A DNA stretch of 64,000 nt from Eledone cirrhosa (lineage: Eukaryota). The stretch lies in assembly GCA_964016885.1 (NCBI GenBank), contig OZ024740.1, positions 75,640,001 to 75,704,000 of the forward strand. Direction: 5' to 3'. The notes under the pieces were generated by a model. The model was given only the letters and a program-made list of their open reading frames with translations. It was not told where the DNA came from and made no database searches. The position numbers and the translations under genes are program-made. Shown here piece by piece: positions 41,268 through 56,868 of the stretch (position 1 is the first letter of the stretch; each line of letters opens with the position of its first letter).

Positions 41268-41338
41268 TATTTTATCTGATGAAAACACAAATATTATTGC
41301 ATGATGATATTTGTTTTTGAAATGCGCATAATAAAATA
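41268..41338 (+). ncRNA. Minimal type I hammerhead ribozyme
   Basis: UAUUUUAU-CUGAUGA-AAACACAAAUAU...AUAUUUGUUUUU-GAAA-UGCGC-AUA^-AUAAAAUA. Perfect 8-bp stem I, palindromic stem III AUGCGCAU. Confidence 0.82.
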
Positions 41339-41730
41339 CATGGAACTCTTTTAACCATCTTTTGATCTTATATATTATGTATACTCCAGTCCTACAAACT
41401 GTAGAGTGCTTCTTATCCGATATCTGCATTGCTTTATTGTACTACAATAAAACTCACCTCCTACATATATATATATATATGCATATAAACTCATATATAT
41501 ATATGCATAAATGCTGAAACCGGTAATAGACAATAATTAAATATATAAATAGATAAATAAATGCCATTGTTAAATAATAAATAAATCAACTAATACCTTA
41601 ACACTTCACTCAAAGTAAAACATCTCGTTTTAATCATTTTCTAACCCAGAAAAAGAGAGAGAAGCAAAAAAGGAAAAAAAAATTTTTTTCTTCCTCATGA
41701 TCGTCTCTGTCTCCGTTTTCATATATATAT

Positions 41731-42119
41731 GAATGGAATAGAATGAAACAAAATTTCATTTCTCACTCTTAGTACGGCACTTACTTAAATGTAAGTATGT
41801 ATGTATGTATACGTACATACATATATGTATACAGACGTACAGTAGTATGTATATATATGCATACATGCACATATATATATATATGCACGTATTGGTTTAC
41901 CGAACATTTGTTATAATGCTCGGTTTGTTTGTTTGTAAACAAACAGCCCGAATTACGCCGTACAGTGTTTAGGCAACCACGTCACCTTTTTATTTAACAC
42001 TGACACAGGAACGATGTACTAGTTTTAAGCTTATTAGCTATCGTCAGCATCGTATACCTTCCTGCCAGATGGTTGAACGTCTGAAAGTATATACTTTCCT
42101 TATGCATATTAACGGCTGA

Positions 42120-42120
<1 letters not shown>
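41731..42120 (-). mobile_element. Diverged solo monomer of the 460-bp hammerhead repeat; ribozyme core mutated (GAAA->AAAA)
   Basis: Collinear with the array unit from ATTTCATTTCTCACTCTTAG to AACGGCTGAG, flanked by (TA)n. Hammerhead at 42011-42053 reads ACGAUG-CUGACGA-...-AAAA-CUAGUA-CAUCGU. Confidence 0.9.
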
Positions 42121-42161
<41 letters not shown>

Positions 42162-42358
42162 CGAAGGAAATGTGGTAAGGAACCAGATGGACCATAACGC
42201 ACCAAAGTACTCAATACTTAGGGTAGTAGAGTGGGTAATAGGAACGAGTAGGACCCCGACGGCTGAGCTCAAGCCGTTTCGACGGCTAATTCTGGACTAA
42301 TCCGTTCAGAATTAGCCGTCGAAACGGCTTGAGCTCAGCCGTCGGGGTCCTACTCGTT

Positions 42359-42407
<49 letters not shown>

Positions 42408-42834
42408 TGTAACGTCCAGTTTCTGTAGGTTCACCAGAGTGACCACTTGATGCATAGTCTCCAGTAGGTATATTGGTGTTGTACGAAGCAGAGTGTAATA
42501 CTAATGTTTCTACTTTTGGCACAAGGCCAGCAATTATTTCACTGTATTACTGGTACTTTATTTTATCGACCCCGTAAGGATGAAAGGCAAAGTTAACCTC
42601 GGTGGGATTTGAACTCAGATCATAAAGGGACGTAACTCTATGCTTCAAAGCATGGTGTCCGACTCTCTACCGATACTGCCAATCCACCGCCCTTGCCCTA
42701 AATATAATATTTGGTGTTAAGATATTGACATACCTTAGCGCAAACTTACTAGTATAAGCCCGCTATAAGACGATAGCAGGCTTATACTAGTAAGTTTGCG
42801 CTAAGGTATGTCAATATCTTAACACCAAATATTA

Positions 42835-42894
42835 TATTTTATCTGATGAAAGAACACTAAAATTTAGTGTCCATGAAATACATATAATAAAATA
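42835..42894 (+). ncRNA. Minimal type I hammerhead, diverged relative of the 41268 copy
   Basis: UAUUUUAU-CUGAUGA-AAGAACACUA AAAUU UAGUGUCCAU-GAAA-UACAU-AUA^-AUAAAAUA. Downstream ATACTCCAG...TGTAGAGTGCTTC is shared with 41381-41411. Confidence 0.72.
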
Positions 42895-43050
42895 AATATG
42901 GTATTATACAGATATTTTCCATTTATTAATATTGTTAATATTAATAATACTCCAGATAAAATAATTGTAGAGTGCTTCAAATCTGTTATAAAATTAACTT
43001 TGTTGAATAATAATCAACAAACCATATAACTCATTGTTTATATATATATG

Positions 43051-43103
<53 letters not shown>

Positions 43104-43120
43104 GTATATATATATATTTG

Positions 43121-43151
<31 letters not shown>

Positions 43152-43295
43152 ATTAAAATACTGGAGCGTGTTGGAGTTAAACACCCTCTTCGTATTATAG
43201 AAATGACAGTAAAAGGTATAGCTCAATGTAATTAAACAGAGCCGAAGAATTATGAAAGTAAAACAAAGAAGCCTTCAATACATCAAAAGTCTTTA

Positions 43296-43329
<34 letters not shown>

Positions 43330-43360
43330 GTGTATATATATATATATATATATGTATATA

Positions 43361-44043
43361 TCATCATCATCATCATCATCATCAACGTTTAACGTCCGTG
43401 TTCCACGCTTGCATGGGTTTGGACGGGGGTAGTCCCACTTGAGGCAAGAGTGATTGTCTTGCTCGCATAGGACTGTCTGGCAGGTTTTCTACAGTTGGAT
43501 GCCCTTCCTAACACCAACCACATTTACAGTGTGGGTCTGGGAGGTTTTTACCGTGTTGCCTACACGGCCACATTACAGCGTGGACTGTGTGTTTTTTTGT
43601 CGTGACACCTACACGATCTCATTTGTTTCGGCCTGGATGGCGCGGCACCAACATAACTTTACATAGAACGGGGTGGTGTGGATGGGGTGGGGGTGGTGGC
43701 GGTACGGGGTGTATTTTGTTAGAGATGCCTACTGGCAAGTCGGGTCTTCTCTGTTACTGAGTACCGCCAAAGGTCACGGTCCAGTGACATTGTCTTGGAG
43801 AGGTGTAAGTGTGTGAGGTCGGAGTTTATCAGCTCGTCCCAGGTTTTTCTAGGTCTGCCTATTCCGTGGCTACCGTCTATCTTTATTGCCCTGCACTTTG
43901 TTATACAGCTATCGACTTTCATGCGCATCACGTGTCCATACCAACGCAGCCTTCTCTCGAGTAAACAACAGCTGATCCCTCTTATCTCTAATTTTTTCCT
44001 TAGTTCGTTTATGCTTTGCCGTTCACGTATATTACTGTTACAT
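43361..44043 (-). mobile_element. RTE LINE 3' end (subfamily also at 25941-26172)
   Basis: [11 protein letters not shown]...[10 protein letters not shown]. 3'UTR is nearly identical to 25975-26170. Confidence 0.88.
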
Positions 44044-44060
44044 ATGTATATATATATATG

Positions 44061-44091
<31 letters not shown>

Positions 44092-44107
44092 GTATATATA
44101 TATATGT

Positions 44108-44148
<41 letters not shown>

Positions 44149-44318
44149 TATGTATATATATGTATGTATATATATATATGTATATATATATATGTATATA
44201 TATATATGTATATATATATATGTATATATATATATGTATATATATATATGTATATATATATATGTATGTATATATATATGTATATATATATATGTATATA
44301 TATATATGTATATGTATG

Positions 44319-44349
<31 letters not shown>

Positions 44350-44723
44350 GTATATGTATATATACGTGGGAAAGTGAAAAATTGGAGAATAGACCGTTAA
44401 AACATGTTTATTTAAAATATCACCTACGTACGTTTCGCCCAGTATATATATGTATATATATATATATGTATATATGTATATATATATATATATGTATATA
44501 TGTATATATATATATGTATATATATATATGTATGTATATATATATATATGTATGTATATATATATATATGTATATATATATATGTATATATATATATGTA
44601 TATATATATATGTATATATATATATGTATGTATATATATATATGTATGTATATATATATATGTATGTATATATATATATGTATATATATATATGTATATA
44701 TATATATGTATATATATATATGT

Positions 44724-44764
<41 letters not shown>

Positions 44765-44769
44765 TATGT

Positions 44770-44810
<41 letters not shown>

Positions 44811-44815
44811 TATGT

Positions 44816-44884
<69 letters not shown>

Positions 44885-44988
44885 TATGTATATATATATA
44901 TGTATATATATATATGTATATATATATATGTATATATATATATGTATATATATATATATGTATATATATATATGTATATATATATATG

Positions 44989-45022
<34 letters not shown>

Positions 45023-45046
45023 TGTATATATATGTGTATATATATG

Positions 45047-45078
<32 letters not shown>

Positions 45079-45618
45079 TGTATATATATGTGTATATATA
45101 TGTATATATATATATGTCTATATATATATGTATATATATATATATATATGTATATATATGTGTATATATATGTATATATATATGTGTATATATATATGTG
45201 TATATATATATATGTGTATATATATATATGTGTATATATATATATGTGTATATATATATATGTGTATATATATATATGTATGTATATATATGTATATATA
45301 TATATATATGTGTATATATATATATATATGTATATATATGTATATATATATATATATGTATATATATATACATGTATGTATATATATATGTATATGTATG
45401 TATATATATATGTATATATATGTATGTATATATATATGTATATATATGTATATATATATATATGTATTTATATATACATGTATGTATATATATATGTATG
45501 TATATATGTATGTATATATATATGTATATATATATGTATGTATATATATATGTATATATGTATATATATATGTATGTATATATATATGTATATATATATG
45601 TATGTATATATATATATG

Positions 45619-45656
<38 letters not shown>

Positions 45657-45666
45657 TATATGTATG

Positions 45667-45697
<31 letters not shown>

Positions 45698-45761
45698 GTA
45701 TGTATATATATTATGTATGTATATATATATGTATATATATATATATGTATGTATATATATG

Positions 45762-45796
<35 letters not shown>

Positions 45797-45875
45797 GTAT
45801 GTATATATATATGTATATATATATGTATATATATATATATATGTATGTATATATATATGTATGTATATATATATG

Positions 45876-45910
<35 letters not shown>

Positions 45911-45965
45911 GTATGTATATATATATGTATGTATATATATATATATATGTATGTATATATATATG

Positions 45966-46016
<51 letters not shown>

Positions 46017-46025
46017 GTATATATG

Positions 46026-46072
<47 letters not shown>

Positions 46073-46105
46073 GTATATATGTATATATATATATATGTAT
46101 ATATG

Positions 46106-46152
<47 letters not shown>

Positions 46153-46161
46153 GTATATATG

Positions 46162-46192
<31 letters not shown>

Positions 46193-46341
46193 GTATATAT
46201 ATATATGTATATATATATATGTATATATATATATGTATATATATATATATGTATATATATATGTATATATATGTATATATATATGTATATATATATGTAT
46301 ATATATATGTATATGTATATATGTATATATATATGTATATG

Positions 46342-46394
<53 letters not shown>

Positions 46395-46409
46395 GTATAT
46401 ATATATATG

Positions 46410-46548
<139 letters not shown>

Positions 46549-46559
46549 GTATATATATG

Positions 46560-46604
<45 letters not shown>

Positions 46605-46766
46605 GTATATATATATATATATATATGAAAAGTGTAATTTTCTACACAAAGCGAAGGTTATAGAGAAAATTGAGGTTGGTAATGGCACATGGAATATATA
46701 AGAGACAGAATACTTTTTTGTGAAAAAACATAATTTTATAAGGTAAGGAAATAATAAAGGGTATAA

Positions 46767-46813
46767 AAAATGACCGTTTCGATGGGTCTGCAAAAGCCAT
46801 CTTTTCAAATGTT
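46767..46813 (-). ncRNA. Hammerhead-like motif with U3-A8 variant core (degenerate)
   Basis: AACAU-UUGAAAA-GAUGG...CCAUC-GAAA-CG-GUC^-AUUUU inside a ~410-bp unique island in (TA)n. Confidence 0.5.
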
Positions 46814-47033
46814 GATTAATATTAAGAAAAATTAATAATACGAAGAGTTAAAATTTGAGACTTGAAAATTCAAGTATAAAATTCATTGTGGGATTTCATA
46901 GCAGTTTTCATCTTGGTAGCAACAACAGGTTGACTGCTGTGTCCCTTTCTGGTAGTGAATGAGAAGTTATTTGGGGTGTGGGTTATTTTATAAAGGTCAG
47001 ATTTAGCAATCACCAACTGGCCAGCTGCTGGTC

Positions 47034-47126
<93 letters not shown>

Positions 47127-47181
47127 CATATATACATATATATATACATATATACATATATATATACATATATATATACAC

Positions 47182-47237
<56 letters not shown>

Positions 47238-47332
47238 GTATATATATATGTATATATATATATATGTATATATATATGTATATATATATGTATATATATA
47301 TATGTATATATATATATGTATATATATATATG

Positions 47333-47385
<53 letters not shown>

Positions 47386-47428
47386 GTATATATATATATG
47401 TATATATATATATGTATATATATATATG

Positions 47429-47483
<55 letters not shown>

Positions 47484-47519
47484 GTATATATATATGTATA
47501 TGTATATATATATATGTAT

Positions 47520-47581
<62 letters not shown>

Positions 47582-48007
47582 GTATATATATATGTATATA
47601 TATATGTATATATATATGTATATGTATATATATATATGTATATATATATATGTATATATATATATGTATATATATATATGTATATATATATATGTATATA
47701 TATATATGTATATATATATGTATATATATATGTATATCATCATCATCATCATCATTTCGTTTTTAAGTCCGCTTTTCCCTGCTTGCAAGGGTGGGACGGG
47801 AACTGATTCTGGCTTGATTTCTACAGCTGGATGCCCTTCCTAACACCAACCTCATTTACAGTGAGTGCTGGGTGCTTTTTTTCCGTGGCACCTCCACGAC
47901 CACTTTGCAGTGGAATGATATGGAACCCAGTCCCTATCATCTCATTTCTACAGCTGAGTAAACTGGAGCAATATATATATGTATATATATATGTATATAT
48001 ATATATG

Positions 48008-48038
<31 letters not shown>

Positions 48039-48107
48039 GTATATATATATATGTATATATATATGTATATATATATATATATGTATATATATATGTATAT
48101 ATATATG

Positions 48108-48165
<58 letters not shown>

Positions 48166-48228
48166 GAGAGAAGAAACATTTAGATATAATTAGTAATAAA
48201 ATGTATCATACCTAAACTGCTCCTAAAT

Positions 48229-48316
48229 TCCTCGACTACGTAGTTTCGTGGCATAAACAAAAACAATATATCATAAAGACAGAGTCCTTGCGAGGTCTGC
48301 CGACTTATCAAGAGGA
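48229..48316 (-). ncRNA. Hammerhead with U3-A8 variant core and long stem II
   Basis: UCCUC-UUGAUAA-GUCGGCA...UGCCAC-GAAA-CUACGUA-GUC^-GAGGA. Perfect 5-bp stem I, palindromic stem III ACUACGUAGU. Confidence 0.7.
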
Positions 48317-48602
48317 TACCTCATTTTACTAGTCTCAAGAACGCGTCTACACGACGTGAGAAAGAATCCCAAAAGGCGGAGGGGGAGATAGTCACGCGAT
48401 ATAACGGTTGAGAAACAGAGCTAAGCCTCCTATAACCTCGAAGAAAATACCACGGAGGCGGAGGGGGTATTTATATGTATATATATATGTATATGTATAT
48501 ATATATAATATATATATGTATATATGTATATGTATATGTATATATATGTATATATATATGTATATATATATGTATATATATATATATATGTATATATATA
48601 TG

Positions 48603-48635
<33 letters not shown>

Positions 48636-48690
48636 GTATATATATATGTATATGTATATATATATGTATAGATATATATATATGTATATA

Positions 48691-48731
<41 letters not shown>

Positions 48732-48811
48732 GTATATATAATATGTATATGTATATATATATGTATATGTATATATATATGTATATATATATATATATGT
48801 ATATATATATG

Positions 48812-49245
<434 letters not shown>

Positions 49246-49250
49246 CATAC

Positions 49251-49456
<206 letters not shown>

Positions 49457-49632
49457 GTATATATGTATATATATGTATATATATATATATATGTATATAT
49501 GTATATATATATATTATGTATGTATATATATATATATATGTATGTATATATATATATGTATATATGTATATATATATATGTATGTATATATATATATATA
49601 TGTATGTATATATATATATGTATATATATATG

Positions 49633-49683
<51 letters not shown>

Positions 49684-49840
49684 GTATATATATATGTATA
49701 TATATATGTATATATATATGTATATATATATGTATATATATATGTATATATATATGTATATATATATGTATATATATATGTATATATATATGTATATATA
49801 TATGTATATATATATGTATATATATATGTATATATATATG

Positions 49841-49893
<53 letters not shown>

Positions 49894-49935
49894 GTATATA
49901 TATATGTATATATATATGTATATATATATATGTAT

Positions 49936-49983
<48 letters not shown>

Positions 49984-50314
49984 GTATATATATGTATATA
50001 TATATGTATATATATATGTATATATATGTATATATATATATATATATATGTATGTATATATATATGTATATATATATATATATGTATATATATGTATATA
50101 TATGTATATATATATGTATATATATATGTATATATATATGTATATGTATATATATATGTATATGTATATATATATGTATATATATATATATATGTATATA
50201 TATATGTATATATATATGTATATATATATACATATATGTATATATATATGTATATATATATACATATATGTATATATATATGTATATATGTATATATATA
50301 TGTATATATATATG

Positions 50315-50399
<85 letters not shown>

Positions 50400-50412
50400 G
50401 TATATATATATG

Positions 50413-50461
<49 letters not shown>

Positions 50462-50462
50462 G

Positions 50463-50555
<93 letters not shown>

Positions 50556-50556
50556 G

Positions 50557-50606
<50 letters not shown>

Positions 50607-50644
50607 TATGTGTATATACATGTGTATATATATATGTATATATG

Positions 50645-50676
<32 letters not shown>

Positions 50677-50691
50677 TATGTATTATATATG

Positions 50692-50738
<47 letters not shown>

Positions 50739-50759
50739 GTATATATGTATATATATATG

Positions 50760-50806
<47 letters not shown>

Positions 50807-50919
50807 GTATATATGTATATATATATGTATATATATATATGTATATATGTATATATATGTATATATGTATATATATATGTATATATGTATATATATATGT
50901 ATATATGTATATATATATG

Positions 50920-50952
<33 letters not shown>

Positions 50953-50965
50953 GTATATATATATA

Positions 50966-51011
<46 letters not shown>

Positions 51012-51020
51012 ATATATATG

Positions 51021-51071
<51 letters not shown>

Positions 51072-51072
51072 G

Positions 51073-51139
<67 letters not shown>

Positions 51140-51144
51140 GTATA

Positions 51145-51399
<255 letters not shown>

Positions 51400-51438
51400 G
51401 TATATATATATATGTATATATATATATATGTATATATG

Positions 51439-51501
<63 letters not shown>

Positions 51502-51582
51502 GTATATATATATATGTATATATATATATGTATATATATATATGTATATATATATATGTATATATATATATGTATATATATG

Positions 51583-51657
<75 letters not shown>

Positions 51658-51658
51658 G

Positions 51659-51689
<31 letters not shown>

Positions 51690-51704
51690 GTATATATATA
51701 TATG

Positions 51705-51771
<67 letters not shown>

Positions 51772-51788
51772 GTATATATATATACATG

Positions 51789-51925
<137 letters not shown>

Positions 51926-52402
51926 GTATATATATGTATATATATGTAGATGTATATATATATATATGTATGAGAGATGACCCCTTAGCCTTTGTAAAGG
52001 CAGAATTCTAGGAGAAGGAAAACTCTGATATAACACCTGCAACCCTGATGGTATCCAATGATGTTGACTTGTTCTTCTTTTGGTAAATATCATCTTGGTT
52101 AAGAGAGTGGGACTGGCTTTGTGCAGTGCCTTTGCTCACTATAAAAGCTTCACGGCACAGGCATTGCTTTATATCTGGAGATCTCTCTGCACTTGTCGTC
52201 ACATGGAACCATGGGCCCAGCACTATGTGTCAATAATTGTCACAAGTGTAGTGTTTGTACCAGAGTTTTCAAGTAGCTAGCTGGACTAAAATGTCACACT
52301 CGTTCAGCGCATCGGTAGGAGTTCTCCTACATGGATATAAAGTAGTGGCCGTACTCGAAAACGAGTTGGCAGCCACTATATATATATATGTATATATATA
52401 TG

Positions 52403-52491
<89 letters not shown>

Positions 52492-52540
52492 ATATATATG
52501 TATATATATATGTATATATATATATATGTATATATATATG

Positions 52541-52627
<87 letters not shown>

Positions 52628-52638
52628 GTATATATATG

Positions 52639-52707
<69 letters not shown>

Positions 52708-52730
52708 GTATATATATGTATATATATATG

Positions 52731-52795
<65 letters not shown>

Positions 52796-52860
52796 GTATA
52801 TATATATATGTATATATGTATATATATATGAATATATATATATATATGAATATATATATG

Positions 52861-52909
<49 letters not shown>

Positions 52910-52923
52910 GTATTATATATATG

Positions 52924-53020
<97 letters not shown>

Positions 53021-53021
53021 G

Positions 53022-53206
<185 letters not shown>

Positions 53207-53207
53207 G

Positions 53208-53242
<35 letters not shown>

Positions 53243-53243
53243 G

Positions 53244-53274
<31 letters not shown>

Positions 53275-53310
53275 GTATATATATTATATAATGTATAATA
53301 TATATATATG

Positions 53311-53420
<110 letters not shown>

Positions 53421-53452
53421 TGTATATGTATATATATATATATGTATATATG

Positions 53453-53507
<55 letters not shown>

Positions 53508-53554
53508 GTATATATATATGTATATATGTATATATATGTATATATGTATATATG

Positions 53555-53621
<67 letters not shown>

Positions 53622-53626
53622 GTATA

Positions 53627-53911
<285 letters not shown>

Positions 53912-53931
53912 CATGTATATATGTATATATG

Positions 53932-54013
<82 letters not shown>

Positions 54014-54018
54014 TATAG

Positions 54019-54067
<49 letters not shown>

Positions 54068-54100
54068 GTATATATATATACTATGTATATATATTATATG

Positions 54101-54151
<51 letters not shown>

Positions 54152-54153
54152 GT

Positions 54154-54201
<48 letters not shown>

Positions 54202-54220
54202 GTATATATATATATGTGTG

Positions 54221-54251
<31 letters not shown>

Positions 54252-54300
54252 GTATATATATATGTATATATATATATATATGTATATATATGTATATATG

Positions 54301-54331
<31 letters not shown>

Positions 54332-54380
54332 GTATATATGTATATATATATATATATGTATATATATATGTATATATATG

Positions 54381-54461
<81 letters not shown>

Positions 54462-54496
54462 GTGTATATATATGTATATATATATGTATATATATG

Positions 54497-54543
<47 letters not shown>

Positions 54544-54546
54544 GTG

Positions 54547-54617
<71 letters not shown>

Positions 54618-54659
54618 GTGTGTATATATATATATATATGTATGTATATATATATATAT

Positions 54660-55235
54660 GGTGCTACTGGTAACATGTATCCCAGTACAACCTGTCTCAT
54701 GGTCGGGTCGTTGGCGACTAAACTGGCAACCCCACCAAGGTTTCTTGGTGAGGAGGGTGACTTTGGACATCCTGCAGGACTAAAAACAAAACCTGTCAAA
54801 GAGTCAATGGCCATCCAAAATCACCGGGAGAGATGACCCCTTAGCCTTTGTAAAGGCAGAATTCTAGGAGAAGGAAAACTCTGATATAACACCTGCAACC
54901 CTGATGGTATCCAATGATGTTGACTTGTTCTTCTTTTTGGTAAATATCATCTTGGTTAAGAGAGTGGGACTGGCTTTGTGCAGTGCCTTTGCTCACTATA
55001 AAAGCTTCACGGCACAGGCATTGCTTTATATCTGGAGATCTCTCTGCACTTGTCGTCACATGGAACCATGGGCCCAGCACTATGTGTCAATAATTGTCAC
55101 AGGTGTAGTGTTTGTACCAGAGTTTTCAAGTAGCTAGCTGGACTAAAATGTCACACTCGTTCAGCGCATCGGTAGGAGTTCTCCTACATGGATATAAAGT
55201 AGTGGCCGTACTCGAAAACGAGTTGGCAGCCACTA
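54660..55235 (+). mobile_element. Non-coding element in (TA)n with RTE-like 5'UTR motifs; 5'-truncated near-identical copy at 51973-52378
   Basis: Both copies share ~405 bp ending GAGTTGGCAGCCACTA(TA)n. TAAACTGGCAACCCC and AGGAGAAGGAAAACTCTGA resemble RTE 5'UTRs (recalled similarity, not searched). Confidence 0.6.
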
Positions 55236-55291
55236 TGTATATATATATATGTATGTATATGTATATGTGTATATATATGTATATGTATATA

Positions 55292-55378
<87 letters not shown>

Positions 55379-55391
55379 GTATATATATATG

Positions 55392-55424
<33 letters not shown>

Positions 55425-55727
55425 GTATATATATATGTATATATATATGTATATATATATGTATATATATATATGTATATATATATATGTATATATATGT
55501 ATATGTATATATGTATATATGTATATATGTATATATGTATATGTATATATGTATATGTATATATATGTATATGTATATATGTATATATGTATATGTATAT
55601 ATGTATATGTATATATATGTATATGTATATATATATATATGTATATATATATATGTATATATATATATATGTATATATATGTATATATATATATATGTAT
55701 ATATATATATGTATATATATATATATG

Positions 55728-55822
<95 letters not shown>

Positions 55823-55835
55823 GTATATATATATG

Positions 55836-55868
<33 letters not shown>

Positions 55869-55959
55869 GTATATATATGTATATATATATATATGTATAT
55901 ATATATATGTATATATATGTATATATATATATATGTATATATATATATGTATATATATG

Positions 55960-55990
<31 letters not shown>

Positions 55991-56111
55991 GTATATATAT
56001 GTATATATATATATGTATATATATGTATATATATATATGTATATATATATATGTATATATATGTATATATATGTATATATATGTATATATATATATATAT
56101 GTATATATATG

Positions 56112-56146
<35 letters not shown>

Positions 56147-56363
56147 GTATATATATGTATATATATATATATATGTATATATATATGTATATATATATAT
56201 ATGTATATATATATGTATATATATATATATATGTATATATATATGTATATTTATATATATGTATATATATATATGTATATATATGTATATATATATATAT
56301 ATGTATATATATATGTATATATATATATATATGTATATTTATATATATGTATATATATATATG

Positions 56364-56394
<31 letters not shown>

Positions 56395-56411
56395 GTATAT
56401 TTATATATATG

Positions 56412-56536
<125 letters not shown>

Positions 56537-56539
56537 GTG

Positions 56540-56634
<95 letters not shown>

Positions 56635-56691
56635 GTATATATATATATGTATATATGTATATATATGTATATATATATATGTATATATATG

Positions 56692-56774
<83 letters not shown>

Positions 56775-56795
56775 GTATATATATATATGTATATG

Positions 56796-56867
<72 letters not shown>

Positions 56868-56868
<1 letters not shown>

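Noticed and set aside
54660-54735. Possible HDV-like ribozyme at the 5' end of the RTE-like element (CCAGT/ACTGG P2, GG, TCG-TTGG-CGA P4, CTAA)
   Set aside because: Could not form a convincing P1 or a canonical 7-nt L3. It needs an RNArobo/Infernal search on the family consensus.
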